A stretch of DNA of 64,000 nt from Botryllus schlosseri (lineage: Eukaryota). The translations under genes were made by a program, and so were the position numbers. Below the pieces are notes generated by a model that had not been told where the DNA came from, made no database searches, and worked only from the letters and a program-made list of their open reading frames with translations. Position 1 is the first letter of the stretch. Every line of letters starts with the position of its first letter. Of the stretch, positions 14,471 through 28,960 are shown piece by piece. Location of the stretch: contig CM119378.1 of NCBI GenBank assembly GCA_051294905.1, positions 1,488,001-1,552,000 on the forward strand. Reading direction: 5' to 3'.

Positions 14471-16090
14471 AATCGAGCAAGAGGAAGGGCTGGATTCACA
14501 TCGCACGCGATCGAAGGTTAATTTCGTTCAAACGTAATACTTAGCCACGTTAATTCCCACTTGATCTAGCTTGAGCTTATCGAGAAACGGTCAAATCGTC
14601 AGAGACAAAGAAAATCGTGTTATTGACAGAGATGTCTTAATTTATCGTATAACTACTTCCGATGCAAGTCTCTTACGTCACTCTTTTAGCCCATTATTTC
14701 GATATTTTCCCACTCCATGACCATCATGTCTCTTCTCAACGTTTTATTAGACTTCGTCAAGTCGCTTCGATGCTATCCTATATTTCCGTAGCATCGCAAT
14801 GTTGTGAGGTTACCACAGATAAATATATTGGTAATTCGAACGTATTATCATTCTAAAACACAAATATGTACATTAATAATAATACCTTGAGAGGTGTCGC
14901 TGTCGCATTAACATTAACAAATAACAGAGTAACCGCGGACGACAATGATCCATGGTAATTGGTAATGTATCGAGTACGTATGGCGTCACAATCAACAAGT
15001 CTAAAATTGGAAGCGTGGAGGTTCTATTTGGACGCCCGGCTTTGCCAGTGAGAAAATGGAGCCCACTAGAAAGTATAAAGTAGCCATTTAAGGTGATCTG
15101 GGACCGACCAACGATATTTTATTATTGTTATTTTATGAAGTTATCGTTGATTCCGGGTAGTCCATATAAATAAATAGAAGAACCACAATGTGCTATTTGG
15201 GGTCACATTGGCGTTCGTTTTAGTACAAGGAAGTTTCTCAGGGCCGGATGATATTTTTATTATAACCATAACATCAAGACGGATGTAAAATTTGCGATAT
15301 TTCCATTTTACGTGTATCGTCTATCATCCATAGTTACAATGGCTGATTAGTCACGTTATTTACAGAATGAATTTCGTTTCTTCGCTTTTGGATTATTCGA
15401 TTTATACCGGGGTACATTTCCAGCTACTGGTTGCTAACTGATCTGGAATTGTATCTATAGTTATCCATAAATGTTTATCGGCCTGTATGGATCCGAATAA
15501 TCTTTGCAGAGGACAAGCAACGCAAGGTCATCGGATTTTCAACTCCCAACTCGATTGCATGTTATAGCTTCAGACTCCTTACATGTATCATGTACGATTG
15601 TACGCGGTGCTGCTATCTTATCGGATATGACACACGAGATATGCAGGTCATGGGAATTCCTCAGCGGTGGAGATCTGTCTTGCTGAGTTATTGGTTTCTC
15701 AGGGTCAAACTTTCGGAAATAATCTGTCATGTTCACTGCACAGTGCACACTGCACGTCATTTATCGCCAGAGATCCACGAATATTTACGCAAATTTGACC
15801 GACTGTATTGCAGTGATTACGACAAGCTGTCAAATTCGGATCGTACACATCTGCGAGTATCCTCGTATGTGATCTCACAAAGCGCTTGATGCGCGTCGCC
15901 CAAATAAGTTTCTGTGGACCAGTGCCTGCACTTCACAGAAGACATTGTGTCAATATCATGCATCAAAAGAAATATCGGTATCGCCCATTAGTGGTTATAC
16001 AACATCGACCATTTTTGCGATATCTCCATACAAATTGTTGGGTTTGAATCATTTTCACTCATTGACTGGGTGTTAAAGCACAATTTAGTA

Positions 16091-16627
16091 CAGATGCGGG
16101 CAGCTTAGGGCCCGCAGGATTTTAAGCTGCCCGAAAACAGTTTCCGGTGTGTACATGATAATGTGGCCCGCGGCCACTGTCTGCCGCAATACCCCAATCC
16201 TTGCTTGTTGCGTCAAACTGTGGTGACTGTAGGTTATTCCTTATTTTCTTTGCTCATTTATGCGTCACTGAATAAATCGAAGTTTGCCAACCTGAGAAAG
16301 ATGGCTGATACTACTTGTTCAATGTTCATGTTCGGGTCTACATACATTCGCGAGCAAAAAAAAATTCGACCATGAACATTAAAAGTACAAAGCTGCGTTC
16401 CAACCTAACTGATGTTCCAGTGCAGTGCATCTATTGACGTATACCCTACTTTAATAAATTCATTGAATACTGTTTTGGTCCGTATGCTTTAAACTTTACA
16501 TTAAATGCGATATATTCCTGGTATAGGTGGATGAATCAGCGATTACTGTATCGATTCAGGAATCCGGCCCGTCAAGTACTTAATGTTCGCACATCAGGCT
16601 CTCGGACTGGAGAAGTTGCCAGCCCTA
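16091..16627 (+). mobile_element. Internally deleted Buster/Charlie-type hAT element
   Basis: TSD atttagta / atttagca; residual transposase C-terminus KFANLRKMA..MFGSTYIREQ; homologous to 53426-54119. Confidence 0.8.
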
Positions 16628-19600
16628 ATTTAGCACATGAAAGTGTCAAAGATCAGATATATATCTGGGCTCCATAAGAGACGTAAAAGAAGCTAAAGTG
16701 AATATGCGGTTTCATCGGAGATGTACACTGTACAGTACATGGTGTGTACTGGAGATAGCGTGGTGTCGCCTCACATTCTCACATTCTTGAGGCATATGTG
16801 TTGGCGATAGGAAGGAGTAGGAAGAGCACGTCATAAAACGAACCAACTGGCGACATTACGACATAACTGCAATGTGAGACTACCAAAAGCACGTCAATAT
16901 CCGCATAGGCAGGTTATTGACGGTCAACTGCTTAGCCTGCATGCGTACGCCGGGCGCAGATGTTTCTGACAGTCAGCATTTATGCAGTTGCGGAACTGAC
17001 TTGACGGGATTGTTTATCTATAATTCTATAAAGACGGTCCTTCTATTTTATATTGCACAGACGGTTGATGGTTGCGGGTAGAAAGCGTCTAGTCCGACTG
17101 AGGCAGAAAATAGGTTCAGGCCAGATCGTATGAAATATCTCGTAGATATCGCGTGTCATATTATAGCGCGGCGGCTAGTGGTGTCGGTAAAAATCTATAA
17201 GTTTCGAAGTTTTTCTGGGGCTGGGCAGTGGGCACAATGATTCGAGTACTATAGAATCTGAATCAAGTATAATAATTCTGATGGTTGGAGTCGGGTAGTG
17301 AGAGATAGGCCTACGTTTTCGAGTTATGAAATTATATGCCTCATTGCCGCTAACAGCAGTTAATTTATCAATTATAGTTTCGATACTGTTTTCCACTGAG
17401 GGAGTATGTAAACCTTGATTTGTTGTATCGCAGCATATGAAACATGCAGTACAAAGATACGCACGTTAGTGGAAATGATATATCTGCATTTTCTCGAAGT
17501 GCTATGAAATGAGTTTTGTCGAAAAAATACCAAATTTTCTTTAATGTGGTGTAGAGGTGGCATTATATTCTTAGTGCTCGCATTAAAAGGTACGTGTACT
17601 AAATCGAGTGATTCGATTGGAGTACTAACGGGAGAACAAGAGAACAGCAAAGGACCTAATGTTTGCAGGCCTGTGTAAGGTGCGCGCTGCGCATCGATGG
17701 GGGTTACTTCTTGACGACTGAGGCATTTTACATTGCGTAGTGCGTAAGTGTGTATGTTCAAATGTTTAGTACTATAACTATATCCCTATTGTCCAACGGG
17801 ACACAATCTATCAGTGATTACACCATATGCTTGCAGTTTGATTACCAAGTTGAAAGTAAATGAAATTATATATACGCGTTGGCCTAAAACTGCAGCATGG
17901 GTCGCGCATGTCGGCTACATGAGGTAACAAAATGCACGAGCATCGACAACAGCAAAATACCCAGTCTTTGAGCTACATCCCTAAATGCTGGATATCATTT
18001 ATTACCCGGGTTGATCAATCCGCAGTACATCGTAAAACCAGATTTTCGTAATCAACTTTCCGGCCTCGACCCTAAGATTTTCATTCGCATTTGATAGATC
18101 GCCAAGGCTTGGACGGTAGACCGAGGCAATGCGAAGGGTCAACGGACCGCAATGTAACAATTTAGCGTTACAGCCTTGTTTTGTCGCTTCATGCAGACTG
18201 CAGACTCACTTCAATACTTGTTAACATTTCTACCTAAAACTTTAATAAAATCTATCTTTGCAAAAAGTGCATATTTTGGCATTTTAAAATTTGCATGTTT
18301 GGGAGTTTTGGCATTTGGTTCCCGAAATGGCAAAAATAACACGGCCTGAGTATAAGCCTTCGAGTATTCAAGTATCACTGATTGTCAACGACTGAGGATG
18401 ATTCAGAAAGTTCAAACACGCTTCAACCAAGAATATAACGCCAGTTCTCCACCACAATGAAGATAATTTGGTATTTTTCGACCACTTTTTAAAACGTAGA
18501 AAGCACTTTTCAGGAAAGTTTAAATCAGTTTCATGAGTGAAATACAGCAGTTGTAAAATGGGTGTGTAATAACCCTTGTATCGCGGCAGCTGGATATATT
18601 TTCGAAGATTGCACCTTTTTAAAGTGCCATTAGTCAATTTGAAGTTGGTCATTTCGAATGTAGCCAGCGCTGATTAAATGCTAAAAGTAGGCGAATCCTA
18701 GAAAAAATTCCAACTAACTTGAAATAGCTTGGAACAGACTTGTAAGGCGCTACTTTTACCTCCAATTGAGTAGAAATGTACGGAGTTAACTTCAACTTGA
18801 GTAGCAACTACGACTACTGTGATTTGGCTGGACGGAGGGCAGTAGCTTTGAGCGGCGATAAAAGCGAAAACAAATATTTAAATTCCATGATTGAAGCGTC
18901 TCTAAACAAACCGCGCAATTCGGTAAATACGCAACTGACCTCGGTATTGACAAAAACAGACAATACAAAACCGAGTGATCAAGGCGTACGACTCGCATAT
19001 TCCCAACAAAAGACGACAGTTTACGCTTTAAATTACCGAATCAGAAGCACCACATTCTTCAAAAGTAGACGCGAGATAACAATCACTCTCTGCCGAATTC
19101 GGTTCGTAATCCGCGGATAAGGCTATGGGCGAAATCGAACAGTTTGACAACTTTTTCCGAATTAGGTTTGAATTAGAATTATAGTTACTGTTACTGAATT
19201 CGAAAAATCGTGGAAATCGAACAAAATTCCGACTTAGAAAAAATACAATAAAATCAAGTTGAGTTTGTAATTTGTTACACATTTGTTCATTCACATAAGC
19301 TCGGCTCGTTTCGTATCACGCAATTCTCCTGTAGCGTTTCAGGAATACAAGAAATTAGATTAGAATTAAAATAAGAGTACAGAAACATTTCACAAATTAG
19401 ATGCGTCATTTCATTGTAATTATACAACTAGAATTATCTCGTCGATGTTAGAAATCGACTATAAATTCTAGACTTCTAGTCCAGTCGATTATTCCAAAAT
19501 AACTCATTATGACATCATACGGGTATGCCTGATGCGATAAGTTCAAAGAAATACCGTCAATACGAGCACGAAGAAAAGATATACTCTACCAATTCTGTAC

Positions 19601-20475
19601 CACATGAAGATATTTTTATACATCGTCGACTATAGCTGTATTTCATTGCACTCTGTAATAATGCAGCGGGCTTTATCACGACTTTTCAGATGTGTCGTTT
19701 CATTCTTTCGCGCGTAGCTTTTCACTGCACCTTTTCGGTGTTGTGATTCGACCAACCGAGGTTTTGAGCCTTCCAAGATGAGAAAAAGTACCCCAACTAT
19801 AATTGGCGTTGATGATGTAACTCTGAGTAAAAAAGGGGTATTGTTTCAGTGCTCGACTCGCATCATTACTATTAACATTCGATTCGGATGCGATTGCTCA
19901 AATCATTGCACCCGGCATTACCCGCGGAATTTACCTACTTCTCGGTAATGGAAATTTAACATTGCATCGAATATGCGGCGTGGATGTCACCTTGTAGCTT
20001 CTACTGCAACCTCAGCCGACCCTCCGCGTATCTGAATCACGATGTGCTAGCTCAAAGTTCACAATCAGAAGAGATTGTCGATTCATTGCGAAGCGACCTC
20101 TACGAACTGCCAGATGGTGTGCCTTATTGCACAACGCAGTGAGTCACGTAACCCGAGGAACGTTTGCGCTAATCTGCAACCTTTCGGGAACCCCTATGAG
20201 TCATAAAAACAAAAATCTATCACAATACAAATCGAACTACTACGCTCTCTGCGTACGCGACTTCACACAACGTACCACCACAACACAACTCGAGTACTGA
20301 TCGGTCCTGGTTACATGCATCCAATGATGGCCAAGACGGGCGTGAAATCACAAATCATATGTATGAGTTTAGTTTGCGTCTTTACGTACAGGTAATCCTG
20401 GAGAACACCGGTTAATGTTGAATCCGAAATCATACTTTGGGATGTAAACCTTGAAACGATATAGAATCTGCGCTC

Positions 20476-21115
20476 GGATTGCCGGACCACGATGTGACAT
20501 ATCGAAATCGCCTACAGACACATGTCGCTTCATTTTTAGCGCCTGTCTTTGTATGTTATCTGCTGTTCCTTGATTCAGTGAGCAATGTGCGTTCTGCATG
20601 GCTCCTACTACATTTTCTAGGACAAGGTGGGTGTCTGATTGAAACACCACTTCCCCCAAGTCGTTGCTACCCCGTCCTATCTTTTCAATTTATCGCAATC
20701 TTGCGGTGTTTTGAAATGAAAACAATTATTAATAAAATTAAACAGAATTGAAAAAGAATACGGCAGGTGTCTGTGCAATCTTTCTGTCACGAGATATAGT
20801 CAAAAATTACAATATGGAATGCAATGAATATGATGTTAATTCCTTTACTTGCGGCCTCGCAATCCCGAAAGCACCTTGTAGTTTCTCGCAACTTTTCTCG
20901 CTATTTTAGGTTATCGTCTATTACCCTTCACTCAATGTGCATTTTGCAATGTGCATGCGTCTTCTTTGCATCGCCTACGCTAAGGTGTGCGTCTGATTTA
21001 AAGACTACTCCAAGTCGTTTCGACACCTTCATATCTTTTCATTGTATCGCAATATTGTTGTGTCTTGAAGGCTAAAATCATTAACAATAAACTCAACTCA
21101 ACTGAACAACCTGAC
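20476..21115 (+). mobile_element. Two tandem degenerate LINE 3'-end relics (~20476-20760 and ~20900-21115)
   Basis: ggattgccggaccacga, ctaggacaaggtgggtgtctga and tatcttttcattgtatcgca motifs. Confidence 0.75.
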
Positions 21116-21620
21116 ATTACTGCGATAAGACAGTTCTTCAAAAATGAAGCATGGAGACAGTAATTGGATTGTACCCGAATTCAAAACTAATCGCTTTCGC
21201 TAATAGTGTCCCAATGGCTGTACTTAACATTACAGCAAGCTGACTTGTACGCCGGAATTCAAGGGCCGTCTTCGAGTGCTATTCAACGGCTCTGGCTATC
21301 CAAACATCAAATTGATCGCGAGAACAAATACACGCGCACATCGCCAATCTATCATCCGTGAATTTCTGAATAGAAACCGTCGGCTGTTGCTAGGTAGCCA
21401 AAAGCCAAGCGCAGGGTGTAAAATGAAATTTGTAATGTAAACAAGCCCGGGAAAGCCTTCTAATTTTAAAAATAAGCGAAAAGCGGAGACAGAGCGACAT
21501 CTGCTGGAAATCAGTTCTTCGTCGGCCACAGATAATGTGTTTGAAGAACTCTTGGCGGTACAGAACTTTAAGAAATGCATGTGCGATTATGGAATTTGAT
21601 AGTGTGATATTCAGTGTAAC

Positions 21621-23078
21621 ATCATCATCATCATCATCATCATTGGTTTATTAGCAATTTTATCAGTTCAATACACCACAAAAATGCGATACAATGAAAA
21701 GACAGGAAGATGTCGAAGCGACAAGGAGTAGTCTATGGAATCTGACACCCACCTTGGCCTAGGCGATGTAAAGAGGAGGCATGCACACTGAATGAAAGTG
21801 AAGAAGATAGTATAGAAAAAGAATGCGACAAGAAATAGGGCGGCATGTCATGGGAAGCGAGATCGATAGGTCAGTCGTGGTCCGGTAATCTTGAGGATGG
21901 ACTGTATTTATTTAGTAGTAATTGCTTGTATTTCGACTTGAATGTGGACATGCTCCTCGACTGTCGGATGGCCGGCGGGATACTGTTCCACACATCAGGT
22001 ACGGCATATTTGATGGAGCGATGATCTTTTCGGTCGATCATATGATATTTGGACGACGTGGACGCGCGTGTGTTGTACTTGTGCGCTTTTGATTCAGAGG
22101 TAAAGAAGTCATTGAAATATTCGGGGCAACGACCGCAGTGAAACTGATACATAAACTTGGCGATTTCTAGTTTCCGCATATCTTCTATGTTTAGGACGCC
22201 GAATCTCTTCAGCAGCGACTTATTGGATGGGCAGCCAGGCCCCTTTGGGGCCCTAGCTATGATTCGGAGTACTTTATGCTGTAGTTTCTGCAGTGGCTTG
22301 AGTGCAGTTTTACTGGCAGCCCCCCCAACAGAGGATGCCATAGTGTAACTTCGATTGGATTAAGGATTTAAAGAGTATCAGAAGAACCCATGCTGGCATG
22401 AAGCGCCCAAGGCTGTAGAACAGGCCGCACTTCGGTGATAATTTAGTTTCTAGGGACTGAATATGACTCTTCCAGGACATGTTCGAGTCCAGTAAAACTC
22501 CGAGATATTTGGCATTATCTGTGTTGGAAACGGGCTGACCAGCGATATTAACGGTTAGGTTATTTTTTGAATTTACTGTCAGCAATTGCGATTTCGAGGC
22601 GTTTATGCAAAGGTTGTTCTGGGCCGTCCACTCATGGACTTTGGGCATTTGGTCACCAGTCAGGGCATCCAGCTCTGCCGTCGAAGATGCGGAAGAGAGG
22701 AGGTGAGTATCATCAGCGAACAGTGTGGTGTTCAATGAGGAGGTTTCAAAAATGTCGTTGACATATAAGGTGAAAAGGACCGGTCCAAGTACTGAGCCCT
22801 GGGGCACACCACAGGTCACCGGGTGAGGAGAGGACAAGGTGTCTGAGATCGCAACCATTTGTTGGCGTCCAGTGAGGTAACTTTTCATGAGCTCAAGTTG
22901 TGGGCCCCGAAGTCCGTAACGCGCCAATTTCGAGATGAGAATTTTATGATCTACGCAGTCAAACGCTTTTTTTAGGTCGAGAAAAATGCTACATCCCACA
23001 TTTCGCTTCTCCGAGATATCATAGTACTGTTCGGCCACTGTTAGGAGGGCATGAGCGGTTTGGTGTTTGTTTCGAATT
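21621..23078 (-). mobile_element. 5'-truncated CR1/L2-group LINE: reverse transcriptase, ORF2 C-terminus, 3'UTR and (ATG)n tail
   Basis: FLDLKKAFDCVDH, GVPQGSVLGPVLF, LFADD and AKYLGVLLD motifs in ORF 22310..23038; one frameshift in a G7 run (22320-22326) links to ORF 21871..22341 (HKYNTR, WNSIP..FKSKYK); (CAT)8 at 21621-21644 is the 3' tail. Confidence 0.95.
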
Positions 23079-23550
23079 CATCGACTGGGCAATGCCCGCC
23101 CCCTTTTATTGCTTTTACTACACCGCATCACAATATTGAGGTAATACGAAAATACGGGTAAATGCTGACAAGTCACTATTTGTTACCATTTCTTTCAAAG
23201 AGACGTTTGAAGGAACAGAACTCCAATATACAGTTGAATAATATATTCGTATTGAAATAAACCAGAATATTTTCGGCTCACACTCATCGAGGGTAATCGC
23301 GTCAGCAACAACGATGCGAGTAGAACACTGGAAAACAACATTGCATATCAACAATCGTATAAACAAATATAACGTTACCGGAGAGAGAGAGAGAGAGAAA
23401 GAGTCTTTCTTTTCATCCAACCAAATACGTGAAAAACAGACGTCAATGATGGTGGTACAGAAAATATGCATGCGCATTGCGCAATGCACAGTATTCGGTA
23501 TCAGATAGGAATGATCGATATACGACCGTGAAGGTCAACTAGTCTGATAC

Positions 23551-24003
23551 TATAGATAACTAACCTGCGTAAACATGCGTAAACTTACATGCGCATCACG
23601 TGATTCACGGCCGAGTGATGCTACAGTAGCAGATTTGTTGTCGCTTCATAGCATGAAACGGCAACGTAATTGCTAATCTCAATGCCCATCCCAGCACAAT
23701 GACCATGACAATCGTCCTTGCGTGGTTGCGATTGCTCATAACAATGCCGATTTTCATATTTTGAGGGTATTTCGAGGGGTTCCATTGCCCTGATCAGATT
23801 TTGATGTATATTATCAGAATCAGCGCGACTGTAACTTTCAAATAAGATCAACTTTGATCAAATTTGAGCGCTCGGGTTGTCATCTATGGGATTAGCAATT
23901 GCGTTGCCGTTTCATGCTATTAAGAGACAACAAATCTGCTACTATAGCATCACTCGGCCGTGAATCACGTGATGGGCATCTATCCGTAGGTTAGTTATCT
24001 ATA
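23551..24003. mobile_element. Long-TIR MITE with 7-bp TSD
   Basis: ~130-bp inverted arms starting TATAGATAACTAACC; flanked by ctgatac on both sides. Confidence 0.85.
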
Positions 24004-25369
24004 CTGATACTCTTATCACACCCGCATCAAACAGGTATACTTGTCTCTTATATACAGTCTTGCTGTAAAAACGTTAGTTAGAAAAGGAAAAGAAATGGAA
24101 AAATTAAACGATGGTAGGACAACAGTGAATTCGAGGCGAGCAGATCGCTTTGCTCAACGCACAATTTTGACATCATACACGAATTCCTTTTGTTGGCACA
24201 AACAAGGTTGACGGATTTTTATGAAAGTCGACTCCACGGTCCACGCTCATAAATGAAAGAATTAATGATTTAATGAACGGCCTCTCCCGACGACGTGAAC
24301 TCTGTCTTCTCGTTAATTTTTCGCACAAATAACATTATCCAGGTAATGTTTGCTAAACGCAGAATTCATGGCCGCTGCCTTTTCTGATCAGCGCCATTGG
24401 TTTCTTGGTTTATTTTCGTTCTTTCAAAGACATCATTAAAATTGCGACACTATAAAAAGGCATAGATTAGATTAGAATTAAAATTAAAGGATACGCATAT
24501 TTCTCAAATTATATTAGAATTAGATTTCTCGCTCTAATCAGTCGAATTCGCTGTCCAAGTCAGCAAGAGGTATCGTCGATTTCTAGCGGCCCATTCGTTG
24601 ATCGTTCTGAACTTGAATTGACTACATCGAGATGATGATTGATGATCTAAGGTCTACTTGTGACGATTACCTTCATTTAATTTAGCCTACGTCTTCATAT
24701 TTATAGCTGGAAATATATAAACTATGTATCGCAGCGAAGTTTGCTATATTATAAGTGACGGTATTGAGGAATTATTGAGGGAAATTCTAAAAACCTCATA
24801 TGAAGCTGTAAATATAGTTGACATTACCTGCTCCATTCATAATTTATACTTGACCGATGATGGCTGCTCAATGACATGGATGTTTTTATGTTTGTTTTGT
24901 TTAAAGCGACACAGCAGTCAGTGCGCTCCCACTTCCTTGATATTAATATTGTAAGTAAAATTTGAAAGAGTTGTCATGACAGAGTCAGAACTCAGACACA
25001 CTCATACATTATTAGGGATCACTCAAATTAACGGAAGACACCATTTCCTCAACAACAACATATGTGCATAATAATCTATGTAAACAATTTGAGTTTTGAG
25101 AGATTGTATTGGGATACTTCGATTGTACAATGTACATCCGCCGTTACGGAACTGGAAAATCAAATGAAAACAACTTTATTGATTCTTTTGTGCTCGGTTA
25201 CAGACGATGGCCAGCAGCAATGGGCAATGTTGTCGAATTCGCTGATCTAATTTACCGCTTCAGGCCAGGTAATTATAGCTGCAACTCTGCAAATCAAATA
25301 GACGCAGCAGAGCATACGTTCGGCTGTTACGCCAACGGATGTGAAATGCGTATCATATTCATATCAATT

Positions 25370-25800
25370 CAAGCAGAGGAGAACACTATCAGATTGCCGT
25401 AAGATGAATAGATAGGAATGATTCTAAACGACTTTGAGTAGTCCTTCAATCAAACACACGCCTTGGCCTATAGGCATGTCACATATGAAGGACAAGTGAT
25501 GAAAATGAAGTGGCATTTGTTGGTATAGGCGGAATAGATATGTCAGATCGTGGCAGGTAATCTCGAGCGTAGGTTAGTATTCATTTGGTTAAATCTACTT
25601 GTATTTTGACTTGTGGACAATGGACACTGGAAATGCTCGGCGATTGCACGATGAGACTGTTTTAGTGTCAACATAAGGAGTTATAATTGAGCTTAAGCCA
25701 TCAGTTCTCCTTGATTATTTGAATTATCATGCATGGCGGGAAGTCATATTTGGTGATACGATTGTCGATATGCAAGTTCTTTTCAATCCTCGACTAGCTG
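25370..25800 (-). mobile_element. Degenerate LINE 3' relic
   Basis: ttgagtagtcc..cacacgccttggccta..ggtaatctcgag motifs in the same order as the 21.6-21.9 kb element. Confidence 0.6.
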
Positions 25801-26243
25801 TTTGCGATTTTCCGTGACGAGTGTTAGCCGAAAATATTCTGATTTACTTCAATATCAATATTATTCAATTTTATATTGAAGTTTTGTGCCTCCAACAGTC
25901 TCTTCGAGGCTGTTTGTCCCACTCTCGAAACAAGATTACCGGTATTTGAACTAGTCGAGTTTATATATTTGCACTCTAAACTGCACACGAGTACTCGCAA
26001 ACAAAATTCCCTGAAAGGCGCGCTGTAGTAAGAATGGAAATTGTATCGGATTAGAATTATCATTTATATTTGACGCACTTAGCGTGCAATTGTACTCAGC
26101 AATTGAAGCGATATCGTATGGATACGTGTTGTGGGGCATGCAAGCCTATTTCGACACATCAATCGCATAATTGAGTTCATAACGGGCTTCTCATGAAACG
26201 CCCGCAGCACACTTACAAGAGAAGAACCGTTCCCTTTATATCA

Positions 26244-26503
26244 GTACATCAAAGCATCTGAAGGGGGGCGCGAAGAAGCGGCCAACTGATTTACTTCCGA
26301 TTCACGCGTGTTTCTCTCTGTATATATACCGAATTTCATATTTTTTTAATTCTCTCATCAACAGTCATAACCTTCCATGCTATCAAACAATCTGTTGAGG
26401 TTGCTAGCATCCTGGTTGGATTTTGTGATATGACGATAAGGGGGGCGCGAAATTTTTTACTTTCATTAAGGGGGCGAGTCTAAAAAAAGGTTGGGAACCA
26501 CTG
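26244..26503. mobile_element. hAT MITE (CAGTGGTTCCCAACC type); partial copy at ~6810-7010
   Basis: Right TIR ggttgggaaccactg; ~200 bp colinear with 6825-7005. Confidence 0.75.
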
Positions 26504-27444
26504 CTTTAAATGCATTTTGGCGCGATTAATGCGATGGCTGCTCGCCTGTATACACAAACATACTCTAACAAGAGATTGCATTGTTGACAAACATACCTGC
26601 AGTACGTCGTCAATTCCACGCAGTCTCTCTCGTTCTCTTTCTCTCTCTCGCCTAAAAGCTTTTAATTTCAGTCAAAACAGAAAAGTCATATGTTCATTGT
26701 TTATATATAAACGTGAAGAGGCCAATATCGCGATAAAATTTCGATTTGCGTTTTTACCGATCATGGAATACGATTCGGGATGAGCAGACGGTCAATAATC
26801 CATCGAAATGATTTCATTGAAAGCAGCGTTTTAAGAAGCGTGTCGTTTCATAAATATATTTCTGTTCCTTCTTCTGCAGAAAAATTGCTTGTGTCATTAC
26901 TTCTATATGGATTAGCCATACGCAACGAATCTGTCGGGTGTTATGTGATTGCACGGTGTATGAATAATGCGGTTAGAATTGTATAGGCCTACATATATCG
27001 GTATACATAATATAATATAGCCTATAATGTATATTTATAAATCATATTACCGACATTAATATCACTAAGCTGCATTTTACTGCATAGTTATTCCCACAGC
27101 ACATCAACAAAACATATGTGTTGGTTCAATATCGTATCGTCATAACCGTCACTATATCCAAATCCAAGCTTAATTATTTCAGCCACTGAAGGAGTTAGGG
27201 TGCTTTTTATTCGCACACGCTTATGCCCTAATTGAAATATATACAGTTATTTTCGAAATTCCAAAGAGATTCGCGGCACTGGACTGGCTTATTCGCGTCG
27301 ATCACTGTACGCCACTGCACAGTGCACACTTAGTGCACATGGACACTGGACAGTGCACACTGCACCGCCACAACAGCCATCACAATTATTATCCCGCCTT
27401 ATTGGCTATTGCCTGTAGCCAATAATGGCCAATATGAGCGTATG

Positions 27445-27745
27445 ATCATCATCATCATTGGTGCATTAGCAATTTTTATCAGTTCAATACACCACAAAAA
27501 TGCGATACAATGAAAAGATAGGAAAGTGTCGAAGCGACTTGGAGTAGTCTATGGAATCAGACACTCACCTTGGCCTAAGCGATGTAAAGAGGAGTCATGC
27601 ACAGCACATTGCACAGTTGCACACTGAATGAAAAGTAAAGAATATAGCAGAGAAAAAAAGCGACAAGAAATGGGGCGGCATGTCATGGGAAGCGAGATCG
27701 ATAGATCAGTCGTGGTCCGGTAATCTTGAGGATGGACTAGTATTT
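27445..27745 (-). mobile_element. Young LINE 3'-end copy with (ATG)n tail
   Basis: Near-identical to 21630-21905. Confidence 0.9.
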
Positions 27746-28589
27746 ATTCAGTATCACGAATCACGAATCATATGTATGAGCCGAGTTTGTGTCTTGACCT
27801 CTTGAGACTGGCTCAGCAGCCAGGGAACCCCGGTTAAGAACAAAAGCAATAAAACGTGATTTGCACGCGAAACAAAAAGATAACAATTAGTAGAGCCCGA
27901 CTCTTGGGCCGACTTATTTGCTAATCCGCCCATGTTAATAATCCTGTGTACATTTGTAGTAAGGTTGATTTTACCGTAAACTTGTTGGTACGCAACAAAT
28001 TCATATAGAGCCTCAAGGTTGAGGACCACTGGTCTTCGCATAGAGGTTGGCTTCCATAACGCCCAGCCCATCCTCGTGACATATAGTAACCTTGCATGAC
28101 GTATGTAACGAATCAATAGCATGGGCTCGTTGACGCGTCGTAGTACTATCAACCTCCGGCATCGCGTTTACGTCGATAGTTTACTACGGGTCGACGCCGT
28201 ATTGTACCTCACGCAATGTGAGTCGAATATTGATTCTCCATTTCTACTTCAAATTGCCCGCGTTACGACGCGGCACAGGGTATAGTACGTTGTGAATGTT
28301 ATGTAGTTACCAGCTATCATTGCCGGAATGCCGGTGTCAAATGAGTTGAAAGACTGGTTGGTAGATTTGACATAAGTCAGCAAATGTAGTTTCGTTCAAA
28401 CATGAGCCTGTCTGTTCCTCTCCTTAAAATGCCTTAACAAGCTGCTTGCTACATTGCAAGTATGAGCAAATGTAGTATATAAAGGTCCTGTATAACGAGT
28501 GTCACATTCAACCGTCTTCGAATTGGCATAAACTACGACAATAGGTAGATTAGTGATGTTGATAAGATACATTCTGATATAACTAATCG

Positions 28590-28960
28590 GTATCAGTTTA
28601 TTAATAATTTCATCATTTCAAAACACTACAAGACTGCGATACAATGAAAAGATAGGAAGGTGCCGAAACGACTTGGAGTACTGTCTTTGAAACCAGACAC
28701 CCACCTGGGCCTAGGGCCCAAGGCGAAGCGCACTAGATGGAAAGAAATATGGGATAGCGTAAATCGACTAGTGATGAATATAGAGATGTGTTGATCGGCG
28801 AGGTTACTATGTTAGATCAAGGTCTGGTAATCTTGAGGGCTGACTATAGTATTCATTCAGTAAAAATTGCTTGAATTTCGACTTGAATGTAGTGACTTTG
28901 TTAGCTTCAAGTTTCGTGGTGCTCTTCCATTTTCATTGATCACTACTAGTCACTTTGGTC
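28590..28960 (-). mobile_element. LINE 3' relic
   Basis: gcgatacaatgaaaagatagg..cacccacctgggcctag..ggtaatcttgagg..ttcgacttgaatg. Confidence 0.8.

Noticed and set aside
17372-17761. 129-aa ORF (also ORF 33095..33481)
   Set aside because: Both lie within copies of the TAGGGCTGGGC MITE; chance frames.
18368-18652. Possible hAT dimerisation-domain remnant (SWLKRV)
   Set aside because: Only a few residues match, with multiple stops and no TIRs; too weak to call.
27750-28150. 132-aa ORF or novel SINE adjoining a LINE relic
   Set aside because: Partial similarity to 20340-20420 and an hAT-like CAGTGGTCCTCAACC motif suggest mixed TE debris; boundaries could not be defined.
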